DNA of 64,000 nt, taken from Mobula hypostoma. Taxonomy: Eukaryota. The translations under genes and the position numbers were made by a program. This document shows, piece by piece, positions 50,901 to 63,040 of the stretch; within the stretch, counting starts at the first letter, position 1, and each line of letters begins with the position of its first letter. Where the stretch lies: contig NC_086097.1 in the NCBI RefSeq assembly GCF_963921235.1, positions 251,040,001 through 251,104,000 of the forward strand. The letters are read 5' to 3'. The notes under the pieces were generated by a model. That model was given only the letters and a program-made list of their open reading frames with translations. It was not told the DNA's origin and made no database searches.

Positions 50901-52035
50901 TGTGGAGTGGTGCCGCAGCAACCAATGTCAGTAAAACGAAAGAGCTGATTGTGGACTTCAGGAAGGGTAAAATGAAGGAACACATACCAATCCTCATAGA
51001 GGGATCAGATGTGGAGAGAGTGAGCAGTTTCAAGTTCCTGGGTGTCAAGACCTCTGAGGAATTAACCTGGTCCCAACACATCGATGTAGTTATACAGCAG
51101 GCAAGGCGGCGGCGATACTTCATTCAGAGTTTGAAGAGATTTGACATGTCAACAAATACAACTTCTATAGATGTACCATGGAGAGCACTCTGACAGGCTG
51201 CATCACTGTCTCATATAGGGGGTGGGGGGGGGTGCTACTGCACAAGACCGAAAGAAGCTGCAGAGGGTCGTAAATTTAGTCTGTTCCATCTTGGGTACTA
51301 GCATACAAAGTACCCAGGACACCTTCAGGGAGTGGTGTCTCAGAAAGGCATCGTTCATTGTTAAGGACCTCCAGCACCCAGGGCATGCCCTTTTCTCACT
51401 GTTACCATCAGGTAGAAGGTACAGAAGCCTGAAGGCACACACTCAGCGATTCAGGAACAGCTTCTTCCCCTCTGCCATCCGATTCCTAAATGGACATTGA
51501 AACCTTGGACACTTTTTTTAAAATATACAATATTTCTGTTTTTTGCATGATTTTTTAATCTATTCAATATATGTATACTGTGATTTACTTATTATCATTA
51601 CTATATTTAGTTTTTCTCTTCTATATTATGTATTGCATTGAACTGCTGCTGCTAAGTTAACAAATTTCACATCACATGCCGGTGATAATAAACCTGAATT
51701 TGATTCCTCCTTTCTTAAAGAGAGGAGTGACATTTGCAATTTTCCAGTCCTCTGGCACCATGCCAGAATCCAATGATTTTTGAAAGATCATTGCTAATGC
51801 CACCACAGTCTCCCACACTACCTCTTCCAGAACCCTAGGATGCAGTTCATCTGATCTGGGTGACTTATGTACCCTTAGGTCTTTCAGCTTTTTGAGCACC
51901 TTCTCTCTTGTAATAGTAACTGCACCCACTTCTTTTCCCTCACACACTACAACATCTGGCACACTGCTAGTGTTTTCCACAGTGAAGACTGATGCAAAAT
52001 ATTCATTTAGTTCATTTGCCATCTCCTTGCCCCAT
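47960..52035. mobile_element. Minus-strand CR1 interrupted by a plus-strand Rex (49376-51700), itself interrupted by a minus-strand Rex (49920-50742)
   Basis: CR1 RT motifs resume at 51700. The Rex [10 protein letters not shown] motif is split across 49920 and 50743. The inner Rex has an ATAGTC tail. Confidence 0.85.
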
Positions 52036-52525
52036 AGAAACATAGAAACCATAGAAACATAGAAACCATAGAAAAACTACAGCACAGAAACGGGCCTTTT
52101 GGCCCTTCTTGGCTGTGCCGAACCATTTTCTGCCTAGTCCCACAGACCTGCACACAGACCATATCCCTCCATACACCTCCCATCCATGTATCTGTCCAAT
52201 CTATTCTTAAATGTTAAAAAAGAACCCGCATTTACCACCTCATATGGCAGCTCATTCCATACTCCCACCACTCTCTGTGTGAAGAAGCCCCCCCTAATGT
52301 TCCCTTTAAACTTTTCCCCCTTCACCCTTAACCCATGTCCTCTGGTTTCCCCCCCACCCCCATGCCTCAGTGGAAAAAGCCTGCTTGCATTCACTCTGTC
52401 TATACCCATCATAATTTTATATACCTCTATCAAATCTCCCCTCATTCTTCTACACTCCAGGGAATAAAGTCCTAACCTATTCAACCTTTCTCTGTAACTG
52501 AGTTTCTCAAGTCCCCACAACATCT
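52035..52525 (-). mobile_element. CR1 3' end with an ATAGAAAC tandem tail
   Basis: RT C-terminus and 8-9 bp tandem tail. Confidence 0.85.
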
Positions 52526-53299
52526 CTTTATTATCCCCCGCTATTATTATCTTGCCTCTTTTTCTAGTGGTCCTATATCCACTCTCATCTTTCTTTTATT
52601 TTTTACATACTTGAAAAAGCTTTTACTATCCACTTAGATATTATTTGCTAGCTTGCTTTCATATCTCATCTTTAAACTTTAACAGCCTAACTAATCAGGC
52701 TTTAAATATACCCAATGACTTGGCCTCCACTGCAGTCTGTGGCAATGAAATCCACAGATTTACCACCCTCTAGCTAAAGAAATTTCTTCTCCTCTCTGTT
52801 GGTATCATAAATAGATATATAGATTTTGATGTAGATATGTATTGGTATAGAACATATAACATTACAGCACAGTATAGGCCCTTCTGCCCACAATGTCGTG
52901 CCGACCTGTTAAACCACTCCAAATTCAATCTAACCCTTCCCTCCTCTGCAACCCTCCATTTTTCTAATCATCCAGAGTTTCTTAAATGTCCCAAATGTAC
53001 ATGTCATTCTCTACCAGCAACCCTGGCACCCCATGTGTAAAAAAACAAAGCTTTCTTCTGACATACTCCCTATAATTTCCTCCAATCATCTTCAAATTAC
53101 ATACTCTCTTATTAGCCATTACATCACAACAGCTAGAATGTTGATATTTCTATATGTACATAAAATAATTGACAAATAATTATATATATTGATATAATTT
53201 ACAAACCAAGAAGGTCCACAAAAGAATAAACTATGCCACAGAGCAATACTTATGGGAAGCAAGTACAAAACATTTTAATATATTTATTTGAAAACTAAA

Positions 53300-54240
53300 T
53301 TTAAGACTTTTGCCAATATGCTTTCGCGAGTTTTAGAAACCCGGAAGTCTAAATTACTTAAGCCTTAGACTACCGCAATCAGTTTCTCGCTCCTAATTTC
53401 CAATTGGAGGTGACAGAAGTTTATTTGTACAGTACCTCGTTCCTGTTCAAGAGTCTGGTGTCCCCTGACACAGGCGCAAGATTAGTGGTTTTGCTGGGCG
53501 GGATGAATTTGATTCTTTTAGCCACATTGCCGCTAAGTTGGCTCGGAGCAGCCGATCTTCTCATCTTAGTAAGTTGTTACTTTGGTACCGGAAGAAAAAA
53601 TTGAATGAGTGCCTACACATTAACGATAAGCAGATCACCAGATCACCAAAACAGTTCGCTCTCTAGGAGTGATATTTTCTTAATGTCCACCAATGATGAT
53701 TTTTAAGCTCCCGCCTTCCCAAAATGCTTAGCACAGACAACAAATCCTACATACTGCGCATGTACTTAACTTTAATTCTTTGTTCAGAATTAGTATGTAC
53801 GATACGGCATTTGTAGGGAATGCACTTACCAAGAAACGGTGCGGATCCTAGGAGATGCAAAGGAAACGTCTATATACTAAATTGAGATCTTAGGGACGGG
53901 CATAGTTTAACACGGAATATCACTACCATCGTAATGCATATAAGTGAATATTTGACTTTCTGAGAAGCATTAGGCTTTTAGATATTATTCAAGGTTTTTT
54001 TGTGGGGTGGATATAGTGGGTATACTTCGTCAAAGTTGCCGGTGAACGCAGCAGGCCAGGCAGCATCTCTAGGAAGAGGTACAAGTCAGATGCTGCCTGG
54101 CCTGCTGCGTTCACCAGCAACTTTGAGGTGTGTTGCTCGAATTTCCAGCATCTGCAGAATTCCTCGTGTTTGGGTATACTTCGTGTCTTTTTGCTTCGCA
54201 CTTCACTTCAGTAGGTGGCGGTAATGCACCTTATATTGAT
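53300..54240 (-). promoter_or_regulatory. RAD54B promoter / non-coding first exon region
   Basis: CpG-richer and largely TE-free. Minus-strand donor TTG|GTAAGT at 53830/53829. ETS-like CCGGAAGT at 53341, ZNF143-like TTCCCAAAATGC at about 53716, NRF1-like TGCGCATGT at about 53755, CTCF-like CAGTAGGTGGCGG at about 54209. Confidence 0.55.
53436..53564 (-). CDS. RAD54B: RAD54B first coding exon
   Basis: Too short for the ORF track. Translates as MRRSAAPSQLSGNVAKRIKFIPPSKTTNLAPVSGDTRLLNRNE, matching the recalled RAD54B N-terminus MRRSAAPSQLQGNSFKKPKFIPP. Length 129 nt, phase 0, donor GAG|GTACTG. Same strand as, and upstream of, FSBP, as in human. Confidence 0.9.
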
Positions 54241-54447
54241 CTGTCAACCACCTTTAAACTTTTATATGTCACAATTTAAATGTTGCCTTGTAGATTTCAA
54301 AGTGGTGCGGACACTACTATTATATTGCAATGTGTTACAGTGACATAGCATGCCTATGGATTGCAGCGGGTCTCAAGGGTTGGCTTTGACGGAAACCAAT
54401 TATATTGAAACAGTTATCAAAATTTTAAAAATTGTGATATAGTAAAT

Positions 54448-55013
54448 GGTTGGTTGTTCGTCCATCGTTGACATCGATGAGGACCTCGACACCATAATGA
54501 TGGTGTCGAGACTAGCGCGTGATTTGGATTTAAGTGAGGGAGAGTTGCGCAGCATCAGCCTCACTCTCTCTTCCCAATTCCCATCTGGATCCAGTGGCAA
54601 GACAGAGTCTAGACGGCTGGAGATGGGACTAGGCGCAGTGGATGACCAGGACGTCTTCTGTGTCTTGTCCTGCTCTACACGTTCCACCACGCTTGCAGAG
54701 ACCACCTTCTTGACCGTTGGACCTTCCATTGGTCTCGTCCGTTCAATCCGCCGGAGTCTGTCTTCACATGCTGGGATAGACAACTCCCTATCTCACCGAG
54801 GGTTTGAGACCCGTCGGCTACCCTCACCTGGTTTAGCCGGCTTGTCGAAGCCGTTGCCCGGGGTGTGGCCGCTGTCGCATGCAAACAGCTACGGGGAGCC
54901 ACAGGTGAGAGCTGAGTGCCAGGTAGGGACCAAAGGTGGACTAACCGCCCTGAAAAGGACGCAACATGTTCCCCCACCAGAGGTGCTACCCCTCCCTGAC
55001 ACCCCATACACCC
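54448..55013 (-). mobile_element. Full-length 566-bp RTE-derived non-autonomous element (SINE-like)
   Basis: 9-bp TSD ATAGTAAAT (54439-54447 and 55014-55022). 3' hairpin CTCGACACCAT...ATGGTGTCGAG, CAAC-type tail. A near-identical copy lies at 42982-43657. Confidence 0.75.
54821..55013 (-). ncRNA. HDV-like ribozyme fold at the 5' end of an RTE-derived non-autonomous element
   Basis: Minus strand: P1 GGGTGT (element 5' end)/ACACCC(C); P2 CTCTCACCTG/CAGGTGAGGG; P3 GGC/GCC; L3 TCCCCGT followed by an inserted hairpin; GGGCAA; P4 CGGCTT-CGAC-AAGCCG; J4/2 GCTAA with the candidate catalytic C at 54836. Confidence 0.7.
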
Positions 55014-55029
55014 ATAGTAAATATATGCT

Positions 55030-55321
55030 TCTTTATTAACGCTTTAAATAACAAGTCGTGATGAGCAATATTTTGAGATATTTGTAACAACTGTAATGTG
55101 ATATGAAAATCTCTGTGATTTCTGTTGGTGACAAAGTCAGAGGTACTGCTAATACTACTGTGGATTACTGTGCTAATACTGTGGATGCTGTGGATTGTTG
55201 CCTACATTTGAAATTGAAAGAAATGCTATATTTCAGTTAGAGGTTAGTGAAAATAAAGATGTAATGTTTTCCCATCCATGGACTTCCTGGAATTTATTGG
55301 ACCCCAGGTTAAGAAGCTCTG
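55030..55321. mobile_element. hAT-Charlie-like terminal fragment (related MITE at about 55760-55830)
   Basis: Ends GGACCCCAGGTTAAGAAGCTCTG, resembling a CAGGGG-type TIR. The body resembles the recalled Charlie family. Confidence 0.45.
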
Positions 55322-56884
55322 CTTTACAGCTTCTCTCAATTTGGGAAAGAACAGCAGAACAGCATTTCTGCATCTGTGAGAGAAGAAACGGTGAATGTTT
55401 TCAGGCCTGAGACCCTCTCAATTTCTGCTTGTTGGACAAGATATTTTGCCCTTGCAATTAGCCCATCGGGCTTGATCCTGAATGATGCCAATCTGCGATT
55501 ACTTCATAAACATCTTTTTGCACTTCTTAAAATTCTGCAGCAGTTTTGAGTCTCCTATCGACATGGACCCCAAGATATGTTGAAGTTGGATAAGATGCTA
55601 GTTAGGTGTAATTTGGAGAATTGTGTACAGTTCTGGTTACCTACCTACAAGAAAGATATCAATAAAACTGAAAGAGTGCAGAGAAAGTTTACAAGGATGT
55701 TGCCGGGATTTGAGGACCTGAGTTAGTGGAAAAGGTTGAATAGATTAGGACTTTGTTCCCAGCCTGGGGTCCACAGACCCCACTGTTAATGGTAGGGGTC
55801 CATGGCATAAAAACGTTGGGAACCCCTGCCCTAATGCAAAGGAGAATGGGGGAGATTCTATAGAGGTTTACAAAATTCTGAAGGCTATTGATAGGGTAAA
55901 TGTGTACCATGTAGCCTCCTGCTCTACTCACTTTACACTTATGACTGGGAGGCTTAAGCACAGCTCCAGTGCCATGTTCAAGTTTGGTGATGACCACACT
56001 CTCGTAGGCTGAATCAAAGGTGGTGACAAATCAGCATATAGGAGGGAGATTGAAAATCTGGCTCAGGGGTGCCATAACAATAACCTCATCAGCAAGACCA
56101 AGGAGCTGATTATTGACTTCAGGAGGAGGAAACCAGAGGTCCATGAGCCAGCATTCATCGGAAAATCAAATATACAGCGTCAGCAACTTTAAATTCCTCA
56201 GTGTTACTATTTCAGAGGATCTGTCCTGGGCCCAGCAAGTAAGTGCAATGTGAAGAAAGCATGGCAGCGCCTCCACTTCCTTAAAAGTTTGTGAAGATTC
56301 AGCATGGCACCTAAAACTTTGACAAACTTGTAGAGAGGTGTCCAGGCCACACTCTCTTCTCACTCCTGCCATCAGAAAGGAGGTACAGAAGCCTCAGGAC
56401 TCACACCTACTGGTTCAGGAACAGTTATTACCCCTCAAACATCAGGCTCTTGAACCAAAAGGGATAAGTTCACTCAACTTCATTGCCCTATCATTGAAAT
56501 GTTCCCACAACCAATGGACCCACTTCAAGGACTCTTCGTCTCATATTCTTGATATTCATTGCTTTATTGATTTATTATTTCTTTCTTTTTGTATTTGTAC
56601 AGTTTGTTGTCTTTTACACACTGTTTGAATGCCTAAGTTAGTGTGGTCCTTCATCGATTCTATTATGGTTGTATTCTATTTTGGATTTATTGAGTATGCC
56701 CACAGGTAAACTAATATAAACTAATCTCAGGGTTGTATATAGTGACATGTATGTACTTTGATAATGAACTTAGAACTTTGAAATGCAAGCAGGCTTTTTC
56801 CACTGAGCTTGGATGAGACTAGAACTAGAATTAATGGGTTAAAGGTGAAAAGTGAAATGTTTAAGGGGACATGTTTAAAACTCC

Positions 56885-57625
56885 AAACTCCAAGGCTGAG
56901 TACAAAGTAAATGGCAGGATACTTGGTAGTGTGGAGGAGCAGAGGGATCTGGGGGTACATGTCCACAGATCCCTGAAAGTTGCCTCACAGGTGGATAGGG
57001 TAGTTAAGAAAACTTATGGGGTGTTAGTTTTCATAAGTCGAGGGATAGAGTTTAAGAGTCGCGATGTAATGATGCAGCTCTATAAAACTCTGGTTAGGCC
57101 ACACTTGGAGTACTGTGTCCAGTTCTGGTTGCCACACTATAGGAAGGATGTGGAAGCATTGGAAAGGGTACAGGGGAGATTTACCAGGATGCTGCCTGGT
57201 GTAGAAAGTATGCATTATGCTCAGAGATTAAGGGAGCTAGGGCTTTACTCTTTGGAGAGAAGGAGGTTGAGAGGAGACATGATAGAGGTGTACAAGATAA
57301 TAAGAGGAATAGATAGAGTGGATAGCCAGTGCCTCTTCCCCAGGGCACCACTGCTCAATACAAGAGGACATGGCTTTAAGGTAAGGGGTGGGAAGTTCAA
57401 GGGGGATATTAGAGGAAGTTTTTTACTCAGAGAGTGGTTGGTGCATGGAATGCACTGCCTGAGTCAGTGGTGGAGGCAGATACACTAGTGAAGTTTAAGA
57501 GACTACTAGACAGGTATATGGAGAAATTTAAGGTGGGGGCTTATATGGGAGGCAGGGTTTGAGGGTCGGCACAACATTGTGGGCCGAAGGGCTTGTACTA
57601 TGCTGTACTATTCTATGTTCTATGG
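56885..57625 (+). mobile_element. Young CR1 3' fragment
   Basis: Near-identical to the reverse complement of 21540-22280. Confidence 0.88.
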
Positions 57626-57869
57626 AACATGAAGTATAACTTCTTCACTCAGAGGCTGGCAAGAGTGTGGAATGAGCTGCGAGTGGACGTGGTGGATGTT
57701 GGTTCTATTTCATCATTTAAGACAACTTTGAACAGGTATATGGATGAGAGAGGTATGGTCTGGGTGCAAGTCGATGGGACTAGGCAGAATAACAGTTCAG
57801 CATGGACTGGATGGCCAAAGGTTTCTTGGATCGGGACAAGAAGAGTGGCGGGAGAGCTAAATTCTGAAG

Positions 57870-60800
57870 GGAGATAGTTTTTTTAAAAACTTCTTCGAGT
57901 GCAAGAAGGACGAGACTGCGCAGGCGCATGACGTAGACAGGACAGCACTGAGAGTTTAAAAAGGAGACCACCCTACACAGCGGGCAGCAGAGTGAGTGGT
58001 AGCAGAGTGTAGGGCTTTGGCTCAACGGGCTTACGCGGAAACAGGAAGAGGCGAGAGCGAGGCAGCAGATCTTCTTTTCCCCTTGGCGAATCGGCCCAGA
58101 CAGACACAGGAACAGCAGGGCTCACACAGCTAATGGTTTAAAAAGTTTGTGTGTTTAGTGAGGTAAGTGGATGAGTAGACTTATTTTTCCTTGTTTCATT
58201 CCTGTAAAATTAGGTAGCATGCCTGCAGGGTTAGTGCTTTGTTCAGGGTGTCAGATGTGGGAATCCTGGGAGACCTCCAGCCTCCATGATGGCCACATCT
58301 GCGCCAGGTGCACCGAGATGCAGCTCCTCAGAGACCGTGTTAGAGATCTGGACTTGCAGCTTGATGACCTGCTGCTTATTGGGGAAAGTGAAGAGGTGAT
58401 AGACAGGAGCTACAGGGAGGTAGTCATCCCTAGGCTACAGGGGTCAGAAAACTGGGTGACTGTCAGGAGAGGGAAGGGAAATGCCCAGATAGTGGAGAGC
58501 ACCCCTGTGGCTGCCCCCCTCAGCAACAACTATTTCGTTTTGGAAGCTGTTGAGGGGGATGACCGGACAGGGGACGGCCACAGTGACCGGGTCTCTGGCA
58601 CTGAGCCTGGCGCTGTTGTGCAGGAGGAAAGGAGGGAGAAGAGGAATGCGGTAGTCATAGGGGATTCCATTGTCAGGGGAACAGACAGGAGATTCTGTGA
58701 GCCTGATAGAGATACCCGCGTGGTGTGTTGCCTCCCAGGTCCCAGGGTACGGGATGTCCCAGATCGGGTCCAGAATTTTCTGAAGGGAAAGGGCGAGCAG
58801 CCCCTTGTCTTGGTACATGTTAGTACCAATCACATAGATAGGAAAAGGGAGGAGGTCCTGAAGAGATATTTCCAGGAGTTAGGAAGGAAGCTGAGAAGCA
58901 GGACCTCCAGCGTAGTAATCTCCGGATTGCTACCTGTGCCACGTGCTAGCAAGATCAAGAATAGTCGGATCAGGTAGATGAATGCGTGGCTGAGAGACTG
59001 GTGCAGGGGGCAGGGCTTCAGATTCTTGGATAATTGGGATCTCTTCTGGGGGAAGTACAACCTGTTCAAAATGGACGGGTTACACCTGAACCTGAAGGGG
59101 ACCAATCTCCTGGCGGGCAGGTTTAATAGAGCTGTTAGGGAGGGTTTAAACTAATTTGGCAGGGGGGTGGGGAACGGAATGATAGAGCGGAGGAAGGGGA
59201 AAACAGAAATAAGTCTAAGATAGTGAGCAGTAAAGATGTCAGGAAAGACAGGCAGGTGATGGGGCAAATTTGCAGCCATTGGGATGACTTGCAGTGCAAT
59301 AAGGTTGCAGTGCAATCAAAGCAAAAAGTACCAAATACTGGTCTTAAGATGTTATACTTAAATGCATGCAGCATAAGGAATAAGGTGGATGATCTTATCA
59401 TACAGCTACAAATTGGCAGGTATGATATTGTGGCTATCATTGAGACGTGGCTAAAGGATGGATGTCTCTGGGAGCTGAACGTCCAAGGACACACGGTGTA
59501 TCGTAAGGATAGGCAGGTAGGCAAAGGGGGTGGCGTGGCTTTATTGGTAAGAAATGATATTAAATCATTAGAAAGAGGTGACATAGGATCGGAAAGTGTA
59601 GCATCTTTATGGGTTGAGCTAAGAAATCGCAGGGGTAGGACCCTGATGGCAGTTATATAGAGGTCTCCCAACAGCTGCAGTGATGTGGACTACAAATTTC
59701 AACCGGAAATAGAAAAAGCTTGTCAGAAGGGCAGTGTTATGATAATAGTGGGGGATTTTAACATGCGAGTGGATTGGGAAAATCAGGTCGGCACTGGATC
59801 GCAAGAGAAAGAATTTGAAGAATGTCTTGCGAGATGGCTTTTTAGAACAGTTGTTGTTGAGCCCACTAGGGGATCGGCTGTACTGGATTGGGTATTGTGT
59901 AATGATCCAGAGGTGATTAGAGAGATTGAGGTGAAGGAACCCTTAGGAGGCAGTGATCATAACATGATTGAGTTCACTGTGAAATCTGAGAAAGAGAAGC
60001 CGAAATCCGATGAGTCGGTTTTTCAGTGATGCAACCGTGGCTGACAAGAGAAGTCAAAGCCAAAGTTAAAGTAAGGGAGAGGGCATACAAAGAAGCAAAA
60101 ATTAGTGGGAAGACAGAGGATTGGGAAATTTTTAAAAGCTTAAAAAAGGAAACTAAGGAGATCATTAAGAGGGAAAAAATAAACTATGAAAAGAAGCTAG
60201 CAAATAATATCAAAGAGGATACTAAAAGCTTTTTCAAGTATATAAAGAGTAAAAGACAGGTGAGAGTAGATATAGGACCGATAGAAAATGATGCTGGAGA
60301 AATTGTAATTGGAGATAAGGAGATGGCAGAGGAACTGAACGAATATTTTGCATCAGTCTTCACTGAGAAAGACATCAGCAGTATACCGGAAATTCAAGGG
60401 TGTCAGGGAAGAGAATTACCACAGAGAAAGTACTCAGGAAGCTGAATATTCTAACGGTAGATAAATCTCCCGGACCAGATGGAATGCACCCTCGTGTTCT
60501 GAAGGAAGTAGCTGTGGAGATTGCAGAGGCATTAGCAATGATCTTTCAAAAGTCAATAGATTTTGGCATGGTTCCGGAGGACTGGAAGATTGCAAATGTC
60601 ACTCCGCTATTTAAGAAGGGGGCAAGGAAGCAAAAAGGAAATTATAGACCTGTTAGCTTGACATCGGTGGTTGGGAAGTTGTTGGAGTCAATTGTCAAGG
60701 ATGAGGTTACGGAGTACCTGGAGGCATATGACAAGATAGGCAGAACGCAGCATGGTTACCTTAAAGGAAAATCCTGCCTGAAAAACCTATTACAATTTTT

Positions 60801-62020
60801 TGAGGAAATTACAAGTAGGCTCGACAAGGGAGATGCAGTGGATGTTGTGTATTTGGATTTTCAGAAGGCCTTTGACAAGGTGCCACACATGGGGCTACTT
60901 AACAAGATAAGAGCCCATGGAATTACGGGAAAGTTACATACGTGGATAGAGCGTTGGCTGATTGGCAGGAAACAGAGAGTGGGAATAAAGGGACCCTATT
61001 CTGGTTGGCTGCCTGTTACCAGTGGTGTTCCACAGGCGTCCGTTGTGGGGCCGCTTCTTTTTATGTTGTACATCAACGATTTGGATTATGGAATAGATGG
61101 CTTTGTGGCTAAGTTTGCTGATGATACAAAGATAGGAGGAGGGGCTGGTAGTGTTGAGGAAACAGAGAGTCTGCAGAGAGACTTGGATAGATTGGCAGAG
61201 AAATGGCAAATGAAATACAATGTTGGAAAGTGTATGGTTATGCACTTTGGTAGAAGAAATAAACGGGCAAACTGATATTTAAATGGAGAGAGAATTCAAA
61301 GTTCTGAGATGCAACGGGACTTGGGAGTCCTCGTGCAGGATACCCTTAAGGTTAACCTCCAGGTTGGGCCGGTGGTGAAGAAGGCGAATGCAATGTTGGC
61401 ATTCATTTCTAGAGGAATAGGGTATAGGAGCAGGGATGTGATGTTGAGGCTCTATAAGGCACTGGTAAAACCTCACTTGGAGTACTGTGTGCTGTTTTTG
61501 GCTCCTTATTTAAGAAAGGATGTGCTGACGTTGGAGAGGGTTCAGAGAAGATTCACTAGAATGATTCCGGGAATGAGAGGGTTAACATATGAGGAATGTT
61601 TGACCGCTCTTGGACTGTACTCCTTAGAGGTCAAAAGAATGAGGGGGGATCTCATAGAAACATTTCGAATGTTGAAAGGAATGGACAGAGTGGATGTGGC
61701 AAAGTTGTTTACCATGGTGGGGGAGTCTAGTACGAGAGGGCATGACTTAAGGATTGAAGGGTGCCCATTCAGAGCAGAGATGCAAAGAAATTTTTTTAGC
61801 CAAAAGGTGGTGAATGTGTGGAATTTGTTGCCACAGGCAGCAGTGGAGGCCAAGTCACTGGGTGTATTTAAGGCAGGTATCTGAGCAGCCAGGGTATCAA
61901 GGTTTATGGTGAGAAGATGGGGGACTGGGACTAAATGGGAGAATGGATCAGCTCATGATAAAATGGCGGAGCAGACTCGATGGGCCGAATGGCCGACTTC
62001 TGCTCCTTTGTCTTATGGGT
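57870..62020 (+). mobile_element. Near-full-length CR1 LINE (ORF1 and ORF2, inactivated)
   Basis: ORF1 at 58219-59154 has a CxxC..CxxC zinc finger, coiled coil and SGNH esterase motifs (GDSIVRG, DGLH), with a premature stop at 58975. ORF2 has APE (YLNA, ETW, GDFN, SDH) and RT (YLDFQKAFD, SGVPQ, KFADD) motifs, with stops, frameshifts and a deletion near 60027. CR1-type 3' UTR. Confidence 0.9.
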
Positions 62021-62284
62021 CTGTTTCTATACTGTAGTGCCCTTTGACTCCATGAGGGTAGATTACAAATATTAACCATTATGTAGAAAAATAGTCATGG
62101 GAAAATCTGGCCACTTGAGAATGTTTGAGAAAATTCAGCAAATAGTGTCATGAATGAACAGTGTGTGCACCAGGAAAGAAACTATAGTTCCTGAAGCAAT
62201 GGCTCAGGGCTAAAAAAAAATGCAATGAACTGGGAGTACAGTAGCTGCTGAACAATCACTGCAGTGGACAGGAGGGTTCTACAA

Positions 62285-63040
62285 TGGGTAGCAAAAATGC
62301 CCAACGCATCACCCGCACCAGCCTATTCGCCATCAAGGACATAAATACAGAAAGGTGCCGGAAAAGGGTCAGCAACATCATGAAGGATCCCACCCACCCT
62401 GCTCATGGACTGTTTGTCCCACTCCCATCAGGGAGGAGGCTATGTAGCATCCATGCTGGAACTACCAGACTCAAAAACAAGCAACACACATCAAAGTTGC
62501 TGGTGGGGTTGATGTGTGTTGCCTGAATTTCCAGCATCTGCAGAATTCCTCGTGTTTGCGAGACTCAAAATCAGTTACTTTCCCCAAAAAGTAAAGCTGA
62601 TCAGCACCTCCACCCATTAACCCACCCCTCCACACCCCCAACCACCACTTTATCATTTCCTGGCAGTCACCTTATGTACACACACTCCTGTGCATAGTAA
62701 AACTTTATGGAGACACAATCTATGTAAGTAATTATATTTATTATGCTTTTTTATTATTATTGTGTTTTTTTAATCTTATTGTGTTTTTTTGTAATATATC
62801 AGATCCAGAGTAATAATTGTTTTGTTCCCCTTTACCCTTGTGTACTGGAAATGCCATTAAACAAGCTTGAATCAATCTATGTACCTAAGATAGTAGATAA
62901 GTTATCTGATGTTTTATATTTATTGTGGTTTCTATTTTAGTGTGCTTTATCTTATTGTGATTTTTTTTGTGCTCCATCAGATCCAGAGTAACAATTAATT
63001 CAGTTTCCTTTACACTTGTGTACTGAATGACATTGAATAA
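62285..63040 (+). mobile_element. Rex1/Babar 3' end with a Penelope fragment insert and a duplicated tail
   Basis: KDPTHPAHGLFVPLPSGRR. Penelope terminal piece at about 62478-62558. Confidence 0.7.

Noticed and set aside
54446..55039. 197-aa ORF, plus its antisense and 43.2-kb counterparts, as a duplicated novel gene
   Set aside because: It coincides with a TSD-bounded non-autonomous retroelement and has no recognisable domain or splice structure.
58171..59154. Host GDSL/SGNH lipase gene
   Set aside because: It is CR1 ORF1 (zinc finger plus esterase) directly upstream of APE-RT, with a premature stop.
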